From: an uncultured Anaerolineaceae bacterium
GTDB lineage: Bacteria > Chloroflexota > Anaerolineae > Anaerolineales > E44-bin32
Assembly: GCA_964385355.1 (NCBI GenBank)
Contig: CAYLOO010000002.1
Coordinates: 30,091-94,090 of the forward strand
Reading direction: 5' to 3'
DNA: 64,000 nucleotides
Made by a program: the position numbers and the translations under genes. The notes below the pieces were generated by a model that saw only the letters and a program-made list of their open reading frames with translations, was not told the origin of the DNA and ran no database searches. Below, in pieces: positions 27,458-35,560 of the stretch (position 1 is its first letter; each line of letters starts with the position of its first letter).

Positions 27458-27458
27458 T
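27450..27458 (+). promoter_or_regulatory. Extended -10 element TGCTATAAT overlapping the hutH stop codon
   Basis: Read directly. It is the same TGnTAnAAT form seen upstream of ssrA, mnmA and other genes in this window. Confidence 0.55.
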
Positions 27459-27466
27459 CTTTTATC

Positions 27467-27608
27467 ATGAAAGCTGGGTCCACGCACCACAAACGAGAGG
27501 TATCAGCCCGCCATCTAGTGGGCATAGTGCGCGCGTAGACCCACCCGCTCTGACAAGAAGGGATCGTTTAAAAAGACGGCGTGGGCTGCGCTCAAGTCGT
27601 CTTTTTTT
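27467..27608 (+). promoter_or_regulatory. Candidate His-responsive attenuator leader of hisS (23-codon His-His mini-ORF, alternative hairpins, terminator)
   Basis: ORF MKAGSTHHKREVSARHLVGIVRA spans 27467-27538. Segment 27475-27485 pairs with 27533-27543. Segment 27540-27548 can instead pair with 27579-27585, which is the 5' arm of the terminator. Confidence 0.4.
27570..27608 (+). terminator. Intrinsic terminator immediately upstream of the hisS ribosome-binding site
   Basis: Stem 27570-27580 with 27596-27606, inner stem GGGC/GCUC, then T7 (27602-27608). GGAGG at 27614 and ATG at 27624 follow. Confidence 0.75.
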
Positions 27609-27623
27609 GTAACGGAGGCATCA

Positions 27624-28901
27624 ATGCCAATCATTCAACCAGTTCGAGGCACGCGCGATTTCTACCCGGAGAATATGGCCTTTCGCCAGTGGCTCAACAC
27701 TCAGATCCGAGAGGCATCCACGCAATTTGGGTATCAGGAATTCGATGGCCCCTTTCTGGAGCGCCTGGAACTCTATGCCGCCAAATCCGGTGACGAGCTC
27801 GTTAAAGAGCAATCCTATGTTTTTCCCGATCGAAGTGGTTCGATGATCACGCTCCGCCCAGAACTCACTCCATCTCTTGCACGTATGGTTGCGCAGCGCG
27901 GCAAAGGCCTCAACCTGCCTCTTCGCTGGTGGTCTTTTGGGCCTTTTTGGCGATACGAGCGAAAACAGAAAGGCCGATCCCGAGAATTCTTCCAGTGGAA
28001 TATCGACCTTATCGGCGTCGACACCCCTGAAGCGGATGCAGAGCTTGTAGCTGTAGCGGCGACACTTTTTCGCAATGTTGGGCTGACAGCAGATATGATC
28101 CGCATCAAAATTAACAACCGGCGCCTTGCAGAGAAACGGCTCGAGGAAATCGGTATACAGGGCGAGCTGCTGCCAATAACTTTCCGTCTCATCGATCGTC
28201 AAGATCGCATGGCGCCAGAGGCATGGAAATCTTATACGCTCGAAAGCGGATTAAACGAAGATCAATTCGCAGGTCTCGCGAACATGCTCGAAGATCTTGA
28301 TGCATGGAAATCTTCACCGGAATTGCTTCAATGCTTCAATGCGGCCAAATCGCTCGGCATGGATGAGTATTTGGACTATGACCCGACCGTAATCCGGGGC
28401 CTCGATTACTACACCGGGACGGTTTATGAAGCCAGGGACGTCAAAGGTAATCATCGTTCGATCCTCGGCGGAGGTCGATACGACGATCTAGTCTCTGTGG
28501 TCGGCGGCAACCCTATCCCTGGGACTGGTTTCGCGATGGGAGATGTCGTATTCGGATTGGTCCTGGACGAAAACGGGATTAAACCTGATTTGCGCGTGAG
28601 TCCGACGGACATCTTGATCACAACTTTTGAAGATGGCGGTGAGAGCGCTTCTATTCAAATCGCTGCAGAGCTGCGTGATGCCGGTTATCGGGTTGAATGG
28701 TATCCTCAACCTGTACGCCTTCAACGGCAGCTAAAGTACGCAGATCGTAATGAAATCCCACTGGTTGTAATTATTGGTCCCGATGAAATGGAGTCGGATA
28801 AGGTCTCGCTGAAGGATATGGTCTCTGGCGAGCAGGAGACGATTGCTCGCAGCGACCTTCGAGCACGGATAAAAGCTCTGCTTGCTGGTAAATTGCCTTG
28901 A
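27624..28901 (+). CDS. hisS: Histidine--tRNA ligase
   Basis: MPIIQPVRGTRDFYPE, class II motifs (FRYERKQKGRSREFFQWNID, GGGRYDDL) and a C-terminal anticodon-binding domain. Confidence 0.95.
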   Translation: MPIIQPVRGTRDFYPENMAFRQWLNTQIREASTQFGYQEFDGPFLERLELYAAKSGDELVKEQSYVFPDRSGSMITLRPELTPSLARMVAQRGKGLNLPLRWWSFGPFWRYERKQKGRSREFFQWNIDLIGVDTPEADAELVAVAATLFRNVGLTADMIRIKINNRRLAEKRLEEIGIQGELLPITFRLIDRQDRMAPEAWKSYTLESGLNEDQFAGLANMLEDLDAWKSSPELLQCFNAAKSLGMDEYLDYDPTVIRGLDYYTGTVYEARDVKGNHRSILGGGRYDDLVSVVGGNPIPGTGFAMGDVVFGLVLDENGIKPDLRVSPTDILITTFEDGGESASIQIAAELRDAGYRVEWYPQPVRLQRQLKYADRNEIPLVVIIGPDEMESDKVSLKDMVSGEQETIARSDLRARIKALLAGKLP

Positions 28902-28926
28902 TTTTGTGGCTCGATACCTGCCTTCG

Positions 28927-28935
28927 TGTTAGAAT
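28927..28935 (+). promoter_or_regulatory. Extended -10 element TGTTAGAAT upstream of tRNA-His
   Basis: Read directly, about 70 nt upstream of the tRNA 5' end. Confidence 0.45.
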
Positions 28936-29004
28936 AACTCTCGCATAAAAGGTGGCTTGTCATTCATTTGCTGATTGGCTAATTGCGAAAATGCAGAACA
29001 ACAT

Positions 29005-29077
29005 GGCGAGGGTAGTTCAGTGGCAGAACGCGCGCCTGTGGAGCGCGATGTCGCGGGTTCGAATCCCGTCCCTCGCC
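29005..29077 (+). tRNA. tRNA-His (anticodon GTG) with encoded G-1
   Basis: Cloverleaf read by eye: G-1 plus acceptor GCGAGGG/CCCTCGC, D-stem GTTC/GAAC, anticodon loop CTGTGGA, T-arm GCGGG-TTCGAAT-CCCGT, discriminator C73. CCA is not encoded. Confidence 0.92.
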
Positions 29078-29162
29078 CTGACATAACCTTAATAACGAAA
29101 GCTCTAGCTTTTCCTTTTATAGAATTGGCGAGGACTTGGATCCCTTCAGTCACCAATTCGAG

Positions 29163-29184
29163 AACGCCCGCCGGGGCGTTTTTC
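29163..29184 (+). terminator. Intrinsic terminator (AACGCCC-gccg-GGGCGTT-TTTC)
   Basis: 7-bp GC-rich stem, 4-nt loop and T-run, downstream of tRNA-His. Confidence 0.75.
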
Positions 29185-29188
29185 TATA

Positions 29189-30238
29189 TTAGCGAGCTAT
29201 CCCAGTTATGGGGCCCACCCCTGTGTCAATATAGCCATCGATCAAATCTTGCAGGATCTTCAGCGCCCACGTTTCGCGTCCGGATGTCAACCGCTCATGG
29301 TTGACATCTTCGATAATAATCGGCATAGGCAGCGTTCCCCCGCCTTCGTCCACACAAACGTGATCCCAGATTTCTGCGATCGCCAGTTCAGGGGCAGCTC
29401 GCACTGTCGCGATCCATTTCTCTCCAAGATCCTCTTTTGGGACCTCGCCGCCAATATAGCTCAATCCAGGACCTTCTAGCATATCCGCTGATGCTGCTGC
29501 GCTCAATTCAGGCGGTAAGAAGATCGTATCCACATCCATAGATGTTAGTGCAAAAATTGCATCCTGAACTGCCGAAATCTCAAATGAGAATGCCTCGGCA
29601 CCAACAGGATAGGTTTGAAAAGGTGGGTAAGCCGGTCTGCACAACCCACAATAGAATATCGCACCGTTTTGAAACGCTAAATTGCTGGCGTGCTCTTGGC
29701 TTGAGTTCTGCACTGAGATAGCGCCTACCCGCCAATCGGGGGTGACTGAGGCTGCGATAACGCCAGCGATGAATCCAACTTGATCTGCACCCAAACCGTC
29801 CGGACCGATCCTCGTTAAATTGTCTGCATCGTTTAATCCATGGATCCCGATAGCCACAAATTGCACCGCTGGATATCGCCTCACCAAATCGTTCAATCCC
29901 GGATCAGTTGCAAGAAAAAATACAACCTTTGCATTCTGCTCAATCTCGCTGTTAGAGATTTCGTCTAGAACGATGAATTCATTTCCTGAAGCTGCCGAGA
30001 GCATTGTGATGGTATCTCCCACCCTGGAAGCCATCCTCTCCTCTGCCTCGCCCCCACTAATCAGGTAAACCAAATCAGGTGCATCCGTAGGCGATGCTGT
30101 TGGCGCGATCAGGCGTTCCAGTGTGGGAGTCGCTGAGGCCTGCCTATTGACTCCTGATCCGCCGCATGCGGTAAGCAAGACAAGAATTCCAAGCAATAGA
30201 TTTTTTCCTGCAGAGTGATTGTTAGAAATCCGCATCAA
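29189..30238 (-). CDS. Lipoprotein, BMP/PnrA-like periplasmic binding fold (tentative)
   Basis: Lipobox LLTAC. VGFIAGVIAA...VGAIS resembles BMP-family substrate-binding proteins. Confidence 0.6.
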   Translation of the reverse strand: MMRISNNHSAGKNLLLGILVLLTACGGSGVNRQASATPTLERLIAPTASPTDAPDLVYLISGGEAEERMASRVGDTITMLSAASGNEFIVLDEISNSEIEQNAKVVFFLATDPGLNDLVRRYPAVQFVAIGIHGLNDADNLTRIGPDGLGADQVGFIAGVIAASVTPDWRVGAISVQNSSQEHASNLAFQNGAIFYCGLCRPAYPPFQTYPVGAEAFSFEISAVQDAIFALTSMDVDTIFLPPELSAAASADMLEGPGLSYIGGEVPKEDLGEKWIATVRAAPELAIAEIWDHVCVDEGGGTLPMPIIIEDVNHERLTSGRETWALKILQDLIDGYIDTGVGPITGIAR

Positions 30239-30316
30239 ATTTGTATCCCATCCATGTCCATTATTTTACTATCTGCACTGGGCCCTTGACCATATCACCC
30301 AAACGTGGAGAATTAT

Positions 30317-30334
30317 TATCGATTCTATCGATTC
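30317..30334. repeat. Tandem 9-bp direct repeat TATCGATTC x2 in a divergent promoter region
   Basis: Read directly. Each unit contains the ATCGAT palindrome. Confidence 0.8.
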
Positions 30335-30383
30335 ATCTTTCTAGTTCACCAATTCTAAAGAAATACGAGATAATAGCGGTCAC

Positions 30384-31481
30384 ATGAAAGCATCTTCAAG
30401 AGTTACCGAACGCATGAACCGTCGAGATGCGCTGAGAATATCCGCCCTGGGATTGGGTGGTATTGCCTCCCGTCGTTTCCTGAACGGACTCGCGTTACCG
30501 GAATTTCCTAGTGCAGAACGTCTTGGTCGGGTTACATCACCTAAAATCGAGCTTCACGGGCGACCTGATTCAAGCAGCCAGGTAGTCGGAACCCTTTACG
30601 AGGATGCGGTCGTTCCCTGGGTGCGGGAAGTTGTCGGGCATCATCCATACCGTTTTAATCAGCGCTGGGTAGAAACGCCAGATGGCTACCTTTGGTCAGG
30701 AACAGTTCAGCCCGTCCAAAATGAGCCCAATCAACCCGTAGATCTTCTGCCTGTGACGAGCTTCGGCGAGGGGATGTGGGTTCAGGTGACGGTCCCATGG
30801 GTGGATCTCATCTTGGACAACCCCCCTGCTCGTTCTCCCTGGTTGAAAGAAAGCCTAACACCGCGTCTATCTTACAGCCAGATATTGTGGGTTGACCAAA
30901 TTCGCACAGACGGTTCTGGCAACAACCCCCTCTACCGTATCAATGAGCGTTATGGATATGGCGACATCTTCTGGGCTGATGCCCATGCATTTCGACCGCT
31001 CATTGAAGAAGATCTTTCTCCAATCCATCCGGAGGTTGAAGACAAGCGGGTCGTAGTAGATCTGACCTACCAGACACTCTCTTGTTTTGAGGGTAATCGA
31101 GAGGTCTATTTCTGCCGCATTTCTTCCGGCGCTAAATTTAATTCTTCCGGTGAGCCGGTCGATGAGTGGTCCACTCCGCTTGGTGGCTTCCAGATCTGGC
31201 GCAAGCTGATTTCGCTCCACATGAGTGGCGGTACGACCGGAGGCGGCTACGATCTTCCGGGAATCGGCTGGGTAACCCTCTTCGTAGGCAATGGTGTAGC
31301 AATCCATTCAACCTTCTGGCATAACAATTTTGGTGTCCCCATGTCACATGGTTGTGTGAATGCGCGCCCCCAGGACGCTCAATGGATTTTCCGCTGGACA
31401 ACACCCTTCATCGATAATGATCCTGGCGACGTCACTGTCTCAATGCCTGGAGGGACCCGCATCCTGATTGTTGAAGAATGA
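30384..31481 (+). CDS. L,D-transpeptidase (YkuD domain) with a Tat-type signal
   Basis: NRRDALRISALGLGG twin-arginine region. The C-terminus GVAIHSTFWHNNFGVPMSHGCVNA carries the YkuD catalytic His/Cys motif. Confidence 0.85.
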   Translation: MKASSRVTERMNRRDALRISALGLGGIASRRFLNGLALPEFPSAERLGRVTSPKIELHGRPDSSSQVVGTLYEDAVVPWVREVVGHHPYRFNQRWVETPDGYLWSGTVQPVQNEPNQPVDLLPVTSFGEGMWVQVTVPWVDLILDNPPARSPWLKESLTPRLSYSQILWVDQIRTDGSGNNPLYRINERYGYGDIFWADAHAFRPLIEEDLSPIHPEVEDKRVVVDLTYQTLSCFEGNREVYFCRISSGAKFNSSGEPVDEWSTPLGGFQIWRKLISLHMSGGTTGGGYDLPGIGWVTLFVGNGVAIHSTFWHNNFGVPMSHGCVNARPQDAQWIFRWTTPFIDNDPGDVTVSMPGGTRILIVEE

Positions 31482-31552
31482 AGCATCCCTTCTTTGGCAA
31501 TCTCGCCTTCTTTTTAAAGTGACGATTCACTTGTAAGACTGGACTAAAAACG

Positions 31553-32551
31553 ATGTCCGAAAAACGCGCAACTGCAACCGCTTCGCCAAACATCGCCTTT
31601 ATCAAGTATTGGGGCAACCGCGTTCCTGCGCTCCGTCTTCCAGCGAATACTTCGCTTTCCATGACGCTCGCGAATCTCCAAACAGAGACGACAGTCCAGT
31701 TCGATAACATCCTGGAGTCTGATCAAATCGAAATCAACGGCAGCCCCGCCTCAGAGAAAGCTGCCTGCCGTGTTACGGAGCATTTGGATCTCATCCGCAC
31801 TCTCTCAGGGGTACCTTCCTTCGCAAGCATACGCAGCCAGAGCAATTTCCCTATCGGTGCAGGCATTGCCTCTTCAGCCTCAGCTTTCGCCGCACTCACT
31901 GCAGCTGCCAGCAATGCAGCTGGACTGGAGCTAGACAAGAAGCAGCTATCCATCCTCGCCCGACACGGCTCCGGCTCTGCCGCTCGATCCATATTCGGTG
32001 GTTTCGTGCAATTATTCTCTGGAGAAGCTAACGAGGATGGGTATGCCGAGCAGCTTGCGCCTGCAGAACATTGGCAATTGGTCGATCTCATCGCAGTTGT
32101 CACCAAAGAACACAAATCGACGGGATCATCTGAGGGCCACCTGCTCGCACCTACAAGTCCAATTCAAGCCGTCCGTGTCCAGGATGCAGATCGTCGTCTG
32201 GAAATCTGTAAAAATGCGATTATGCAAAAGGACTTTCGAACGCTTTCTCATATTGTTGAACTGGACTCAAACTTGATGCATTCTGTGATGATGACATCCG
32301 AACCGCCGCTTCTCTACTTGGAGCCGGCGTCAATTAGGATCATGAAGCATGTAACCCGCTGGCGAGAGGATGGTCTATCAGTGTGTTACACAATCGACGC
32401 CGGACCAAACGTTCATTGCATTTGTCCTTCTGAGGACTCCCGTGAAGTCGAGCGTCAGCTCCGTTCTATCGAGGGCATATTAGATATTTTCCGCTGCGCA
32501 CCTGGAATTGGTTTGGCTATTGCCGATAGCAGCGGACAAACACCACGGTGA
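31553..32551 (+). CDS. mvaD: Mevalonate diphosphate decarboxylase family protein (GHMP kinase fold). It could instead be a phosphomevalonate decarboxylase
   Basis: ASPNIAFIKYWGNR, GAGIASSASAFAAL and GSGSAARS motifs. Confidence 0.85.
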   Translation: MSEKRATATASPNIAFIKYWGNRVPALRLPANTSLSMTLANLQTETTVQFDNILESDQIEINGSPASEKAACRVTEHLDLIRTLSGVPSFASIRSQSNFPIGAGIASSASAFAALTAAASNAAGLELDKKQLSILARHGSGSAARSIFGGFVQLFSGEANEDGYAEQLAPAEHWQLVDLIAVVTKEHKSTGSSEGHLLAPTSPIQAVRVQDADRRLEICKNAIMQKDFRTLSHIVELDSNLMHSVMMTSEPPLLYLEPASIRIMKHVTRWREDGLSVCYTIDAGPNVHCICPSEDSREVERQLRSIEGILDIFRCAPGIGLAIADSSGQTPR

Positions 32552-32578
32552 TATAATCGCGGTTAAACAAAGGCGTAG

Positions 32579-33634
32579 GTGATCTTCGTGTCAATAACCT
32601 TATTAGTAATAATCGTTATCTCCATATCGATACTAGGGCACGAGTTGGGCCACTTTCTCGTAGGTAAATGGCGTGGTGTAAAGATCGAAGAGTTTGGTTT
32701 GGGTTTCCCTCCCAAAGTGCTGACATTATTTGAAGCTGGTGGTGTTGAGTACTCTCTGAATTGGATCCCCTTTGGCGGTTTTGTCCGTTTCGCTGGAGAG
32801 GATAATCCTGAAATACAGAACGGTCTCTCTTCGTCGAGCATACTGACACGCACGCTCGTCCTTTCCGCCGGCCCTGCAGCGAACATCCTCTTGGGCTTCC
32901 TTGCTTTTCTCATGGCTTTTAAATTTGCTGCACCCGATGTCAACCGCGTACTCATCGCTGAAGTCCTGGAAGGGACCCCTGCCTACTCTGCCGGGATACT
33001 TGCAGGCGATATCGTCGAATTCGTTGATGACCTTCCTGTTAAGGGCATAAGCGATATGCAGGAAGCCATCCATGCAAAGCTCGGCGAAACTGCTCGTATT
33101 GTTGTTGATCGAGATGGACAGATTGTTGAACTAACCTTGATCCCGCGTGTGGTATTCCCTGATGATCAGGGACCCATCGGAGTGACATTGAGTTTCCCCA
33201 CCGCCCAGATGGGGTGGATCGAAGCCTCCAAGTGGGGCGTGGATTCGGTCACGACCCAGATCACCGCGCTTCTCAAGCTTCCGGGGCGATTATTAAGTGG
33301 TCAAGCCTCACCTGATGAAGCGCGCATTAGCGGCTTCAAAGGGATTTATGATATGTTTTCGTGGGCAACCACGATCGATCGAACATCCGAAAAACCCTTC
33401 ATCACCTTGAACTTAATCGGGGTTTTAAATATTGGTCTGGCATTAGCCAATCTCTTGCCTATCCCCGCTCTTGATGGTGGGCGATTAATGTTTGTTCTTT
33501 ACGAGGCGATCTTTCGGCGCCGGATATCTCCTCGCTTCGAGGGACTCGCGCATGCCATCGGCTTTGCTGTTCTCATATTTCTCATGGTTTACATCAACCT
33601 ACAGGATTTCATCAATCCAATCTCTCTTCCCTAA
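32579..33634 (+). CDS. rseP: RIP (site-2) metalloprotease, RseP/M50 family with a PDZ domain
   Basis: HELGHF in the first TM, a central PDZ-like segment, and NLLPIPALDGG near the C-terminus. Confidence 0.9.
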   Translation: MIFVSITLLVIIVISISILGHELGHFLVGKWRGVKIEEFGLGFPPKVLTLFEAGGVEYSLNWIPFGGFVRFAGEDNPEIQNGLSSSSILTRTLVLSAGPAANILLGFLAFLMAFKFAAPDVNRVLIAEVLEGTPAYSAGILAGDIVEFVDDLPVKGISDMQEAIHAKLGETARIVVDRDGQIVELTLIPRVVFPDDQGPIGVTLSFPTAQMGWIEASKWGVDSVTTQITALLKLPGRLLSGQASPDEARISGFKGIYDMFSWATTIDRTSEKPFITLNLIGVLNIGLALANLLPIPALDGGRLMFVLYEAIFRRRISPRFEGLAHAIGFAVLIFLMVYINLQDFINPISLP

Positions 33635-33654
33635 CACCCCTGATGTGAGATCTC

Positions 33655-34614
33655 ATGGATCACGAACTAGACGAAATATTCTCACTTTTGATGGACGAAG
33701 AACAGCTTCTGCCCATCGAAGAACTCCCTGCACTTTCTGACCTAAATACCCGTCAGCTCGGTCGCTTTTCGAGTTGCTGGCAATCAATGTCTCCTCTACG
33801 GCGCCGCACCTTGCTGGCGACACTCGGCCAGCAAGCCGATGAACATATTGAGCTTCTATTCGACAGCATCAACCGTCTCGGGCTCGATGATCCCGACCCT
33901 ATCGTTAGAAAGATTGCGATTGGTAATCTGTGGGAAGCGACAGACCCATCTCTCCTTCCAGCTTTCCTTATATTATTTAACGAAGATAGTTCTATCGAAG
34001 TTCGTACTGCTGCCGCGGATGCACTTGGGCGTTTCATCTTTTTAGCAGAAGTCGAGGATGTTTCCTTAGAAGAGCCGGATCAGATCGTGGACGATCTCCT
34101 AGGAACAATAAGGGCTGGTGCCTCCTCTGAGTTGCATTGCGCTTGTGTAAAATCCCTCGGTTTCTCATCTCACGAAGATGTGCAAGTGATCATCACAGAT
34201 GCTTACCAATCAGGAGATGAGGAATTATTACAGTCTGCCTTATCAGCTATGGGTAGATCGGCTAACCCAGTTTGGCGACCCGAAATTCTCCAAGAGTTAG
34301 ATCACCCCTCTCCGCGAATCCGCGTCGAGGCAGCTCGCGCTGCAGGTAAACTTGAGCTTCACGATGCAGCACAACCTCTTATAGAGCTTCTCGAAGACGT
34401 CAGCGACGAAGTAACTCACGTCGCGATAGGATCTTTGGGGCAGCTTGGTGGTGACGCAGCCAGATCAGCCCTATTAAAAATCCAGGCATCAACAGCAGAT
34501 CCCGAGACTTTTAAGAAAGCTGATGAAGCCCTCGAACACCTGGCATTCCTCGAAGGCACACCTGATCTCTTGATCTTTGACTTCGATGAGCCCAAAGAGG
34601 ATGCCGTGGATTGA
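33655..34614 (+). CDS. HEAT-repeat protein (PBS-lyase HEAT-like repeats)
   Basis: Repeated units of the form DPxxxVRxxAaxALGr (DPIVRKIAIGNL, SIEVRTAAADALG, SPRIRVEAARAAG). Confidence 0.75.
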   Translation: MDHELDEIFSLLMDEEQLLPIEELPALSDLNTRQLGRFSSCWQSMSPLRRRTLLATLGQQADEHIELLFDSINRLGLDDPDPIVRKIAIGNLWEATDPSLLPAFLILFNEDSSIEVRTAAADALGRFIFLAEVEDVSLEEPDQIVDDLLGTIRAGASSELHCACVKSLGFSSHEDVQVIITDAYQSGDEELLQSALSAMGRSANPVWRPEILQELDHPSPRIRVEAARAAGKLELHDAAQPLIELLEDVSDEVTHVAIGSLGQLGGDAARSALLKIQASTADPETFKKADEALEHLAFLEGTPDLLIFDFDEPKEDAVD

Positions 34615-35522
34615 GGGAATTTCTAAGCCTTTTCACGAGCAATATTTTCCCGATCCTCGCTGTCGCCGGGGCGGGCTTTCTGCTCCAGCGCAGAACGAGC
34701 CTTGATCCCCAACCTATCTCCGCTGCGATTTTTCACATCCTCATACCCGCCCTCGTTTTTGATCTGGTGCTTAAAACAGAAATTCCCAAGGATGCTATCG
34801 TAAGTATGGTTATCCTTGCATCGGGCGTGATCGTCTTCATGCTCTTTCTTAGTTGGGCGCTATCGAAAATTCTTCGCTTACCTCAGGCGCTGGCATCCGC
34901 CTTCATACTCTGTGTATCCTTTATCAATTCAGGGAATTATGGTCTTTCGCTTAACCACTTTGCGTTGGGCGATGCCGGTCTACTCTGGGCAAGTATCTAT
35001 TTCATAACGAGTGCTTTATGGACAAACTCAGCGGGTGTTTACATAGCCAGCGCTGGTAGAATGGACCCGCTGCATGCGGTAAAGAATCTAACCAGGGTGC
35101 CTGCCGTATATGCCATCCTTTTATCACTCATTCTCCGCGCACTCAATATTAGCTTCCCACAAGCCATATACCGGCCGATCGAACTTCTGGCAGCGGCTAT
35201 GATCCCCATGATGCTACTAGTTCTGGGAATGCAGATTGGGAAAGCGGGTCCTCCGAAGCGCCTCGGTTTACTCTCTATCGTCGTCGCCCTTCGTTTAATA
35301 CTTTCTCCAATCGTTGCCTGGCTCATTGCCGGCGCATTTCGTATGCCCGTGATCGGCATGCAAGTTGGGGTTCTCGAGTCCGCTATGCCTACTGCGGTCC
35401 TTGCATCTATCCTTGCTCTCCAATACGATACAGAACCTGAATTCGTCACTGGCGCAATTCTTGTATCAACCTTGCTAAGTCCAATCACATTGACGCCGCT
35501 TCTCTATTTGCTTGGGGTGTAG
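34611..35522 (+). CDS. AEC (auxin efflux carrier) family transporter
   Basis: 303 aa, about 10 TM segments, typical AEC size and topology. The start overlaps the upstream stop by 4 bp. Confidence 0.75.
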   Translation: MREFLSLFTSNIFPILAVAGAGFLLQRRTSLDPQPISAAIFHILIPALVFDLVLKTEIPKDAIVSMVILASGVIVFMLFLSWALSKILRLPQALASAFILCVSFINSGNYGLSLNHFALGDAGLLWASIYFITSALWTNSAGVYIASAGRMDPLHAVKNLTRVPAVYAILLSLILRALNISFPQAIYRPIELLAAAMIPMMLLVLGMQIGKAGPPKRLGLLSIVVALRLILSPIVAWLIAGAFRMPVIGMQVGVLESAMPTAVLASILALQYDTEPEFVTGAILVSTLLSPITLTPLLYLLGV

Positions 35523-35560
35523 CCATCAGACGACTGCCTTCCATCCTGCTTGCTGCCTTT

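Noticed and set aside
27458-27623. Canonical T-box riboswitch upstream of hisS
   Set aside because: The position and a UGGG complementary to the tRNA-His 3' end are suggestive. However, I could not find the conserved T-box sequence (AGGGUGGNACCGCG) or the Stem I K-turn, AG-bulge and distal-loop motifs. The idea is kept only as an alternative within the attenuator finding.
27621-28202. 193-aa and 125-aa minus-strand ORFs
   Set aside because: They are antisense to the strongly recognisable hisS coding sequence. They carry no motifs and are typical shadow ORFs.
28929-29304. ORFs 28929-29156 (minus strand) and 28975-29304 (plus strand)
   Set aside because: They span the tRNA-His gene and its terminator, or run antisense to the lipoprotein gene. 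They are not credible coding regions.
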